From Choristocarpus tenellus KU-1152 (Eukaryota > Protista > Phaeophyceae), in NCBI GenBank assembly GCA_964200185.2, contig CAXNAD020000070.1:1-32366 (forward strand): 32,366 bases of DNA, given 5' to 3'. This document shows, piece by piece, positions 13,901 to 25,900 of the stretch. Position 1 is the stretch's first letter; each line of letters starts with the position of its first letter. The notes beneath the pieces are model-generated. The model was not told the origin of the DNA. It did not search any database and was given only the letters and a program-made list of their open reading frames with translations. The translations under genes were made by a program, and so were the position numbers.

Positions 13901-16900
13901 CATGGTTACGCTCATTCTCCAAGGCTAGACAGTGTCTAAGAAGGGATGAACAACACCTCCTGCAAATATCGCATGCAGACATTAAGAGGTGGTACCAAAT
14001 GACTTGACAATGACTCAGATACCTTCCCTACAGGAAACTTTTGTAAATAGATGGAACACAAATTAGAAAAATTAAGGGTTCTTTTTTGTAATAGTCACCT
14101 TTTTAGGGGACCCTCAATATGATTCACTGCTGCAAAAATATAAAAAAACGTTTCGTCAGTCCAACACAAAGAAAAAGTACATAATCCACGTATACTTACA
14201 CACATTCAGAAGGCCTCAGTGCTATCGACAAAAAATGCATCCATAGTTATCAAGATGTACGGATATCTGATTATCCAGGTTCGAGTGAGGTAACAGCCGA
14301 ACCAAGAATGCCCAGAATTCCGCCTTGTCAAGGTCTATCTAGCGCTACCCATTGGAAGCCTCGTGGGCGGGTGAGAAAATAACCGCTTAGAGGGGCAAAA
14401 AAGGGCGCATTTCTCCGACTGTATTAACACTAAAGTCACTATTAACCATACAAAATGTTACCGTCACACTCATCTACAAAATGCATGAAACGTGACAGGT
14501 TGGAAAAAAAATGTAGAGAAATAACAAGTCAACAAGTAGCTAAAACCACCGCATTAAGATAAGACCAAGCACAAACGATGATCAGTTTCCCTACTAATGT
14601 TCCAAAATCTACTTTCATCCACCCCAACACATCACACCTCATGATTCCTTCCGACCACCTCAAGCACGATAGCAAAACTGCAGCCATCTTTGGCTCCCGG
14701 CGCCCCAGTCTTGACGCCCATGCCACCAAGTACGTAACCAACACCTCTCCGTCCTTGTCCCCAATCCCTCCTTTCCCACCCGGGACAAGCTCAAGCCTCA
14801 GAACCTGCTCCAGATGCCGTCCATGCAACACAAGTTCTGCTTTAGCCTGAACTAACCCTTTGCATAGCTCCACCACAACCAACAGCGAGGGAGCGCGCAA
14901 GGATGCCGGCTTAAACTCCTTGCCATCAAGTTTTTTACCCGACCTTTCAAGGGAGCTCGAAGAAGATGCTAGTGGTGCAATGGGCATAAGGTTCTCTTCT
15001 TGCAATTCAGGGCCACCAGTGGTTCTAAGAGCATCTTTCCCCTTCCTCTTACCCGGCGATTTTTTTTTCTTTGAAGACCTAGGGGAAGTAGCAGAGGCGG
15101 AGGGGCTCTTTTTTGTCAAAAGCTCTCCGTACTCCGCCAGGGTGCTGGCAAGTAGGAGTCCGGCATTGCGTGTACACTGCATTAAAAATCACGCAATGGG
15201 ACAGACGTGATGATGAGACCAGAGAGTGGAGAGACGAGGCAAACCAATTGGGCACCAAGACATCAAACTTCACTTGACCCACGCAAACACACGCACACAC
15301 CAGCCATCTTTGAAAAAAAATAACGCGAAAAGGGCCTTAAGTGGTCGGACACCTACCAACTCCATATACGCTCGTTCACCTATTCAACAAATTATTCACA
15401 ACCAACCTCTAACTCAAATCTTGGCCGTCGGCTTACTCTTTACATTTACATTTCTTCAGTGATATATATGTGGAGATTTAGTGGCCACAGAGCAAACAAT
15501 CGAGCCACAACGAGAGATAATGACAACGAACAAAAGATAGGCAGCACCCACTTCCTCCCCATCATCATCTCCAACTGCTGTAACCCCTGTCCACCCTAAA
15601 AAGCAACCCAAATCTCCTAGCAACACCGACGCTATCCTTTACAATTCGTCAGTACGACCTGAAAAGGACACGGTACAGTCTCATCAATCTTCCTGGTTTT
15701 CAGTACCAAAGTGCCACAACACGAGGAATCAGCACTTGACCCTCCAGCGGCAATGGCTATCAGCCCAGGGTCGGGGAGCAAGTTCGTCTGGCATCACAAC
15801 ACTATGAAAGCATACAGAACATATTCCTATTGTGTACAGCAGCAACTTCAACAGCCACTTTGCATACAATTCACTGTACTATAGAGTGTACGTACGCAAT
15901 TGCAACCTTTGTCGGAAGTATTGTCAGTAACAATATCTTATTACATACATCAAGAAAGAAAATAGTTGGGCTTAACTTGTCAACTCAAAAACAGTAGAGA
16001 GAGATAGAGATATGTAACAGGAGGTGGGTGCATCAAATGTTGGAGTTACTGACAACAGCACTGCAAACACAACCTTGTACCACATACACGAAACCCAGCA
16101 CAAACGTATCCACTGACCTTCCTGTCCGAGAGGAGCGCAAGCAACACCACAGGAAACATCCCCACAATATCCTCTCTTACTCCATCCCCTCCAACAGTAG
16201 AGGAGGCCTCGGCTGCAGCCTTAATAAATGTCGATGCCACGCACAACGATTTGGAGGCAGAGGTCTCTGCCTTGTCTACTCCTTCTCGAGAAGATTCTTC
16301 TCTAGATTTGCTTGTGCTTTTGTCTCCTCTCCACCCTCTGTTGTGGTGACTATTTTTGATCAAGACAGGTGTATTATCATTGGACTCAACTCCAACATCT
16401 TGAGATGGTGTTGGAGTGGTGTAGAGTGAGCCCAGAGTCAGGGCTGCTAGGACAGGAAGAGGGCGCATTTCGTAACAGTTGAGAAGGATAGAACCAGCTC
16501 CTTCCCAAGCAACGATACTCCTGTAGAATTGATAAGCAGGTAGAACCAGGGCAGCACAACACGGGAAAGGGGGAGGGTGAGCAAAAGACATGTCGGGACA
16601 AAAGGCAATCGAAACCTCGACACCATACGACAATATCATACCATCTCTGAACTTAACTTTATTTTGAAAAACATTTACTATTGGACCAAACATAGAACCA
16701 AAACGAAAAAATAACTTGCCTCGAAAAAGAGTGTTCGAGCAAATATATACCTTCACAAAACCTGAACCTGACAAGGTGTACAGGAAGGGAACAACTCACC
16801 CTTCTGTTTCTGCCCCCTTTTTTTCCCTGCCAGTCTCATCCATAGCCTCCAGAAGCATCAACAGTATAGCACCCGCTGTCAATTCCTCAACACCTCCGTT

Positions 16901-19900
16901 GACATCCCTAACAACACCAAGGTGGTCTCCTGGAAACAAGGAAAACGGTCTCTCTGGACGAGGGAGGCCAGGTGCCACCCCCCGAAGGTATCCCAGCAGT
17001 ACTGCTGGCGAAGGACTAGGTTGGTGCCCAGGTGTCGAGGCTGATGATGAAGCTTCTCTCTCACCGTACATATCCTGTCCTCGCCTTACTCCAGAGGATG
17101 ACAAGGACATCGTCACAAGATCGGCAACGGCGATAGAGAGAGCTGATCCCTCTTTTCCTGCCTTGGTATGTTCACATGACTTTTTGATTGCCCTAGAGCC
17201 AGCCTCTAGGAGAAGCCACCTTGCCCCGGGGCCACAATGTTTCCATAGAATCTGAAGTTTTCAAAAACATTTTGAACAGAAAATGACAGATTTTGATTGT
17301 GTGCAAGGGGTGGTCATGGTCAGGAGGAAGTCAATACAGGAGGCTTACAGTTGATGCAATCAAGACGCTTTAACTGCGGACAACTACACGCCAATCCAAA
17401 TCATAAGGAATAGTATCTTACTTTTTTTCAACTCTCAACTCTCAGCTCAACTGCTCAAGTATGTTTCATCTTCGTGCGATCATATGTACGTACACACGCA
17501 AGACTGTATCCTTAAGAGCACGAGATACTAAATCACACCAGATGACACACATCCTGACTTTTTTCAGTATTTTTTATCAACCCCAGTAAACTCAACCGAT
17601 GCCTGTTTTTGAATTCTGCACTTCCACAGACGCAAAACAAAGCTAGCGCATCCGTGTCAAGCAAGGCCGAGCTCCTTACGCGCTCAACCATCAAATTCAC
17701 CCTCGAATCTCCTCGTCCAATCCCACATACCAAAAGCCTTCTGTACCTCGAAAGCACAAGACAAGAGTGACTCAGAAGAGAGTTAAAAAGAGAATTCTTC
17801 ACATGGATGTCAAGGCACACGAACTGCGCTTTGAGTCTGCTGTCATCACTGTCATCTATTGCACGCAGTCTTGGCATGTGGTACGCGGTGGTTAAAACAA
17901 AGATAGCCAGTGCATGGCTCTCCCAAAAAATGGCAGTCGACCTCATTTGCAGCATCACACACGGAGCTGAGGCGCGTGTTGCCAAACTGGTGCTTACAAA
18001 ATAGCACCTACACTCCCTGGAAGGTCCGACCTAACCAAGACCAACCCTTCTTTCCCCTTAAATTATTTGTTGGTTGTAATACAGAACCTATATTTTAAGT
18101 CTGAAATAACAAAGCGCTCTTAAATACTTTTTATTGTCCAAATGTACAAAATATACAACAAAAAAAGTGGCTCTGACTGCAGTTAAAAAGTAACCTCCAT
18201 GTGCATGTCAGCGTTCAAGGTATGCTATCATCATTGCCCCTTTTTCAGTGCATACAAACACACGTACGGAAGGTAAAACTTGAGATTCTGTGCTCTAACA
18301 TGAAAAGATTATAATTCAAGCAATCTGCGCAACACTAAGAAGAGTGCATTCATAAAATTGTTCATCGGGCAGACCATGAGCCTGTAACGTTGGAATCCAA
18401 ACCAGTCAACATGAGACATTCCTCCTAAAGCAATAAAAGAAGCAGTTTCGACCCAAAGTATCTGGGAGGGGGGGGGTCTACACCAGGGTGTCCATTTGAA
18501 CAAAAATCAGGAAAAGTGAATTTACAGTATCCATCCCACGCATGCAACCAAATAAACCAAAAATCGCGACAGGAAAAATTTGACCCCAAATGGACAGCCG
18601 CCACCCTCTCCCAGATACGTTGAGTCTTTCCACTCCCGTGAGAGACCGAACGGGACAAGGGTATTTACTACGTCACATCCATTAACCCGAACAGTCTCAA
18701 CGAATTACAACCTCACAAAAAGGTCAGAAATAATATTACAAACAAAAACAAAACTTGCAACATACCTTCAGGTCCCCCTCGTCCGAACTAACGCTTCCCA
18801 GTGCATCAGCAAGCTTGTCGCAAACGCCCTCGCTCAGAGCCTTCATCCCAATGGTCTTCTTCTCAGCCCCATCAGCACTCTTCACCGCAGAGTTCTCCCC
18901 CTTCTCCCCTTTAGCCTTTGCATCCACCGCCCCTGCATGCTCTCCTACAAACTCCACCGAGGCAAGGCTTTCCAGCAACGCACGACCCAGAGGCCACCCC
19001 ACCGTACGACCCCACACCTCCTTTGCTATTGACAACGCTTCTCGGCCTAGCGATACCACAGCACGCCTTTTTGCCTTGGATGCTCTTATCTCTTCCTTAG
19101 ATCGGCCATCTCTTCCTTCGGCGTCAACCCCCGCACACCTCGCGCGAACGAGATTGTGGGGCCCAGGAACACACTCAAGCAACAGCGGGAAGAATCTTAG
19201 ATTCAAAGAGGTGCCTTCGTCCTCAACAGACCGTGACTCCAAGTCATTCGGGGACTCACCGGTAGTAGTACTACACCACATCACAGCCGATGCACTCAGT
19301 TGAACAAACTCTGTGAGTACGCGTGCGGTTACTCCGTGACTATATCTTGGTCTATCCTCAGACAGTGAGGCAATCCATGGTAAGGCTGCACCAGCAACCG
19401 TAGCAGAGACTTCCAGCAAGCTTCCTTCACCGTTGCCCTCACCGGAGGTTACGCTTTCTCTACTCTCCATCCCCATGTCAACATCATCTTCAACAACATC
19501 GGGTTTACCAAGCAGAACCTGTTGAGTTAGGAACTCACTCCCGAGGAGAGCAAACAGGACCTGTTGCCACCCCCACGCGACCCGTTTGGGAAAAGTGACA
19601 GTAAGAAAGAATCACAAAAGCAAATGGAATATCCTACTCTCATGCACACGCCTTGAAGGAATCATCAACGAAGGACATGCAATAAAACAACTGCTACTCG
19701 CGCTCAGACTACTGCCTAACGGCATTCCTACCCACACTGAATCCTTTCACACGTACCAACACACTGTCCATCCTTCCAGCAATAAATAATACTAGCCAAC
19801 AAGGAACAACTCGTATGCCTAGCGAGCCTTTGCAACCGCAGAAGAGTCCCCAACACAAAATATTACTCTAGTGCAAACAGATAAATGACAAAGATCAATC

Positions 19901-22900
19901 GAAACACAAACTCATCACGTGACTAACATGTGCCTGCTTGCCTTGCAATAAGTGAGTGACGCTTCTAAGACAGCACCTACTCAATGCAGATCAAAAACGT
20001 AACCAGTCGCATGCCAAAAAAAACTAATCTTGAGCAAAAACAACAACAACAAAAAGAGAGCAATACACACAGCTCTCTCTTCCACATCGCAATTCAAGAC
20101 TGACTCTAAGTATCACCTCCGGATCTTCGTCTCGTAACCGACGAAGCAAACTCGGCACCATCTCTCGCCTTGCAGATCTCTTATCCAACAACCCCTGCTT
20201 CTCACCCTCCCCCGTATTCGCAACAGTTGACCCTTGTCGTAGCGCTTTCTCAAGCTGCAACAGCGCTTGCACGCGCACCGTGCCCAAAGGATGTTCAACA
20301 GCTACCGAGATCGAAGTGTGCTCCAAATTGTCTTCTGTCACGGACTTCTTATTATTGACACCATCAGTTGCCGCTTCCATGGAGCCCTCAACACTTTCAC
20401 ATATCTCTTCACGTGTCATCTAACGATACCGAGTCACAACATCGTGACAGAAACAGTTGCACAAACGATGGATGTAGAAATCAAGCAAGGGGAGGTTGAG
20501 AATCGAATTGGACTAAATATCTTCAACAACAAATCCATGTATGGTATCCGGGTACCGACTCGACATATCTGGCAGCACTTCAACAGAGTTTTTTAATCAA
20601 TTGTTACGTATTTCAACAAAACATCATCAAATCAACCTTATCTCAACCGCAATGGTCGAATCAACGTTTGCAACCAGCCAGACACTGCCAAAAAAAGTGA
20701 AAAGACTATTTACCTAGACTAGACCGTACATCCATCTACGCATAAACATTACAAAAATGTATCACGCCACAGGAGAAGATTAAGACCAACACCCCGCCAT
20801 CTCTCATCCATCCTCACCTCCATCAGAGGCAAATGATGCGCCATTCCCGTCACCGAGAACGACGACGTTAATAACGACATGAGTGCCTCCCATTGAACCC
20901 GAGCCGTTCCCTTTCGAGTATTGCTGCTCCCTCCGCCGTCGCCATCTTCATCATCGCCGCCTTCCTCCTGTCCCTTCTTTTCCTCCGCCAGACGCTTCTT
21001 CACTAGCTTGCTGACCTTAGACACTTGAGCGTCCAAATCTGCTGGGTATCGCTGGCATAGCGAACGTAGCACCTGCCACACCGTAACCAAACCAGAAATA
21101 CAGAAGAACAATGTAAACCATCGCGCTACGCAAACACAAACACACTTTTGTTATGCAATCCCTCCCGACAGAACCTTGTGTTTGTCTCTTGCCTCTTGTC
21201 TCTTTAAAACAAGAAGCAGTTTTAAATGTCATTCTGAAACAAAGCTTTCTTGCATTATTTGCTGAGGCGTCACCAACAAACTGGAGTTACTCCTTCGAGC
21301 AGTGTCCCTCTCGCGAGGCAACCGGTAGACGTCTGTTGCCTTGCACAAAATCCAACGGTCTCCATCCCCTCCACAACACTCATTAAATCCTACCAACTTC
21401 TTGTTTTCTTCATGGAGACAGAAACATCGTACTGCCAATTAGGGCGCGGCATCGTAGCAATGGACCTATTCATCATCGCAAATTGAAAACAATCATATTC
21501 TAGCATTGGAAATGCACCGAAGGCCTTACACCTACAACAACACACACTCGGTAAAGTACACTACCCAGCAATGTACGGGTATCTGATTATCCAGGTCCGA
21601 GTCAGCTGATAGCCGGACCAAGAATGCCCAGAATGCCGCCTTGTCAAGGTTCATCTAGCGCTACCCATTGGAAGCCTCGTGGGCGGGTGAGAAAATAACC
21701 GCTTAGAGGGGCAAAAAAGGGCGCATTTCTCCTACTGTATTAACAATGCTAGAGTACTGGATTAGCGTCCTGCACGCAACATCACTCTCGAATCAACAAC
21801 ACGAGGTTCGTGTAAATACTCACACCTACAATAGAAATTGGGGAAAGAAAAATCAAAAGAAGAGTTTCACCTGTTGGCATCCTCTTTCCAAAGTAGAAAT
21901 CTCGATCTCTTTCTTTTCTGATACCTCCATTGCCGCATCCCTCTCATCTTGAACAATAAATGACCAGAAATACAGAGATATTTACGACCAGTGTGTCAAC
22001 TCATTGTAGTAGCGCGTATAAACAAAGAATAAATCAACTGCAGTACAGGGGAGGTAGGTTCAACAACAAAGAATAGCTCTGCTTCCTTATCTTAAAAAAA
22101 AAGCATCCCTTTTTACTTACGTACAGAGTTTGGGATACCCTCAATACAAACAGAATCTTCTTCTGTAACCGTCAGGTAGTCCCATTGTGTGTGTACGGTC
22201 ACCAGATCTCAACAGTTTGAGATATGAATGATATCATACCTTCGCATCGAGATGGTCAGAGGTAACACCCCACCAAATGCAGCCAACACATCTCACAATT
22301 GAACACACCTAAACCACACAAACGAATACACACTATCCAAAACAGAGCCACATGCGCAAAAAAAGCACACACGATGGCACATCAATCTCATCACCAAAGT
22401 TTAATTGAGGTTGGCCGATCATGGATCCACAATCAAGCGAAACACTTCACTGAGGCAACTAACTATTAGGAAAAAAAAGCCAACAGAGCAGCAGCTAGCT
22501 GCAGGTCACCTTCGGAAACAGCTCGCAGGTATACCTTGAGCATGCTGTCTATGAGACGCCTCACCAGGCGAGGAAACGATGAGCTAGGCCAGTGAGGGTA
22601 CGACGAAAGTCTGAGCAAGAAATCCAGGAATGGTTCACCATATCCAAGGTTCTCCACAACTCTGCAAAGGCGTTTTCCAGAGTAACGTATTGGGCAGGGT
22701 GAAAACTGAGCATGCCGTAAACCTCAAGGACTGTGGCATGGCTACCGCCCCCTCGTGTCAAACACTCTTCTGTTTATTTTTAAAAAATAAAATAGCAACA
22801 TCCGGTCCACCGACTATGGAACCATCATGCTGTCAAAATGAAATCTATTTTTTCGGTATAAATATTCCCCCCCAAAAAATGTTCAGACTTGAAAGTACTG

Positions 22901-25900
22901 CCAACAGTCTTGAACGGGAGAGGGACGCCAGAAAAGACACCTGACGAGAACAGTTCAAGTTGGAACTAAGCGACAGCAAACTCGCCAGGACTGGTTGTAG
23001 GAAATGCCAGAACAAAGATTAAAAAAATTACGTTTTCAACTTGTTATCGGATTGTGAAGAACCCTACTGTTCGCAACAAGATAACCAACCCTGTCTGTAA
23101 ATATCAATCATCAGTATGTCCCCCACCCTGCAAGCAAGAGTTCTCAAAAGGTGCATATATTCTGCTCATGCAACAAAACAATAAGCTGTGGGTAGCAGCA
23201 ACTACAACTAAAAGCTAATCAACCAAATATCAATTTCTTCACATCATTATTGGAAAAAAATCATCACAACCGTATCAGAACTGTAACACACCACCTCTGC
23301 AATTGTCCCCTCAAAAAAACGATTCATGTACTACCTACCACACACACCAACTACGAGTAACGCTAAGCATGAATTCCAGTAACGGCATCAAGCATCGACA
23401 CCACACAAATCGATGCTTGACGCACCTTTGCACAACTGCCCATAAAAAGGCGCTAGCATCATAGCTCCCCGCCAGTCCCGCCAAGACCCCTACTAGTCCC
23501 TCCATCCTACACATCTTCTTCAGTGCTGCATTCGGCACAATCTGCGGCAGCAATTTATTGGAGAAATTTCCTGCCTGACTCTGAGGAAAAAAATGAGAAA
23601 ATAGCATTCGTAAGTATCTCCGCAAAGCCATTTACTTGTAATAACTGCATGCAAAAATACAACAATTTCTGCAACAGATTTCAAAGATCCCCAGCAGAAC
23701 TAGTTGCATCAATAGATGCCTCAAACGATCTACTGCAACTACTGAAGGAACAGATCATCGTAAAAAAAAGAGATCTCTACTGCAGCATCTCTACCTTTAA
23801 GTGATAGCAACTTCCCTTTAAGAACCCTTATAATTCTAAAACATAGAATTGTTTTCCACAATTCTCTACATTGGTCACTCGATAGGTATCATTTACAAAA
23901 ACATTATTTCCTTTTTATCTGAAGAAGATAATGAATAATACACATGTACCTACCATGTGAAGGCAACAAACCTGTACACCAGTTTCCATAGACAACCGCA
24001 TTAACAGCTGCTCAATGCAACAGGCAACAAACACTACTTGAATTGAGAGAAGCGTCAGATCTTGTCTTTTGTTGGTGAGATCAGTCCACAGCCACTACAG
24101 CTGGAGTCATCTGACACGCATGAATATTTTGACAAGCTTCATCCTTCGCACCAACAAAACAACTACAATCCTCCAAAAAACATACACAACTGCTGACTAA
24201 TTGACAACACAAAGAACGGAAATCTATTATCTCATGTTTTTATTACCCTAGATAAACTTCTGCTGCTACCATACACCCAAAATATACCTCACACATACCA
24301 CTAAACAGACACTTGACGTCAGATCTTGTCTGAAAGTGAGTAGATCAATCCCTAGTCACTTCAACTGGGGTCATCTGAGTCAAAGCAATATTTGGACAAG
24401 GTTCATCACTCGCTCTTACAGCCTACATTTTGTAGTGATAGTTAACCGTTTCTAGAGTTATTGGGAAAGGAACCGAATGGGATCTCTTACAATCGTTTGC
24501 TTTTCTTAAAAAGACATTACCTCCTATACAAGACCCAAATCATAACCCTTCATACCAATATGCACACACTTTGAGTCAGATGCTGTTTGTGAGCAACATC
24601 AATCTCAGCCTCTAGCATGAGCATCATCTGAGATAGACAATCTAACTGCATTACTCGAGTTAAGGTGACTATATACATGTTTCCAATCATATCACCAAGA
24701 TTTGGTCATTAAAGGGCACGACCCTTTAAAATCCTAGCATCTAAATTCTGAACTACAGAACTGCCTTACTTAGTATTAAAAATTGTGAAAACAAAAACAG
24801 AAGACTAACCAAAATATAAATCATGAAAAGCCTTAACCTCAATTGTTCTGGAACAGAGCAAAGTACTCCTAATATCAACGATGTTATCACTATCATTAGA
24901 ACTACAAAAACGACAACTCACAAAACAAGATCAACAAGAACTGTAATTTCATATCCATTCACATAATACAAATTGAATCGTCATCCACAAGCCATAAAAT
25001 ATTAGAAAAATCCTCCACACACTGTTCAGCCGATATGTTTCTTTGATCTCATACACTTCATTCACCCTTCTGAAGCCCCAATAACCATCCCCACCTGCAT
25101 CACTGCAATCGCACAAAGCAATGGAGGCTCCATTCCCCCCTGACAGGGGCGACAAAGCAAGGACTTCATTGTTGCCCCCAACACCTCTGGTGCTAGTGAC
25201 CCCCTCTCGGCCACCATAGCTAAGATCATGTACGCTGACATCTGCAAAACAAACCAGTTGACTTGGTGATATATTTGAGGTATTTTTGGGTCAAGCCCGT
25301 AGGAGTAACGGCAAATCAGCGAGCATGTGAATAAGGGTCAAACCCATGGATAGAGCCCTCTATATAAAATACCAGTACAATAATGAGGTCCTGATAATCA
25401 CAATGCAAACAAGCGTGCACTGTTCACCGGAACAAGAGACACCGAAAACCTTATTACCCATACAACCTAAAATTTCATAGCACAGAACTCACTTCAGTAC
25501 AGGTTTATTGCTAGAGCGTACCTGGAACTCTGGACAGTGTGTACTGCCCAACCCATCAAGCACAGTCGGGAGCAATGACCTCAGAGTAGACTCACTCACA
25601 CCAGATGTTCCTAACCCAAACGATTCAACCACTGTGGCTGCAAAAAAAGAAAAGATTTTTCCACGACCCTCAGTCACTGCGGGAGTTGTCGTCGCAGCAG
25701 TAGTGAACATCACATCAGAAGCAATACTGGATGTTACAGCCTCAGCAGTCTGCCGTGCAGAGTTGCACAAGAAGCGAAGCAGGCGTTGATCCTTGTGACA
25801 CCTCTCGGCAATGGCCTGACGAGGGAGTGGGACACCTTTAAGCTGTACAGGTCCTAGAAACTCCCACCTGTCCATGATTCCATTAGATTTTATGGAAGAC

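Noticed and set aside
15645-15810. Several CUGA and UGAUGA-like motifs in intron 14
   Set aside because: No terminal stem with correct geometry and no recognisable guide.
17428-17460. Short ctcaact-like tandem motif
   Set aside because: Ordinary low-complexity sequence.
17533-17985. 150-aa minus-strand ORF in intron 12 as an extra exon
   Set aside because: Exons 12 and 13 join in phase without it; it has no convincing splice pair or HEAT-like sequence.
18205-18250. CUGA...AUGAUGA...CUGA arrangement in intron 12
   Set aside because: No upstream C box and no rRNA complement recognised.
3101-19303. Long plus-strand ORFs (e.g. 3101-3541, 13471-14007, 16716-17255, 18755-19303)
   Set aside because: They are antisense shadows of HEATR1 exons, S/P/L-rich, with no independent coding evidence.
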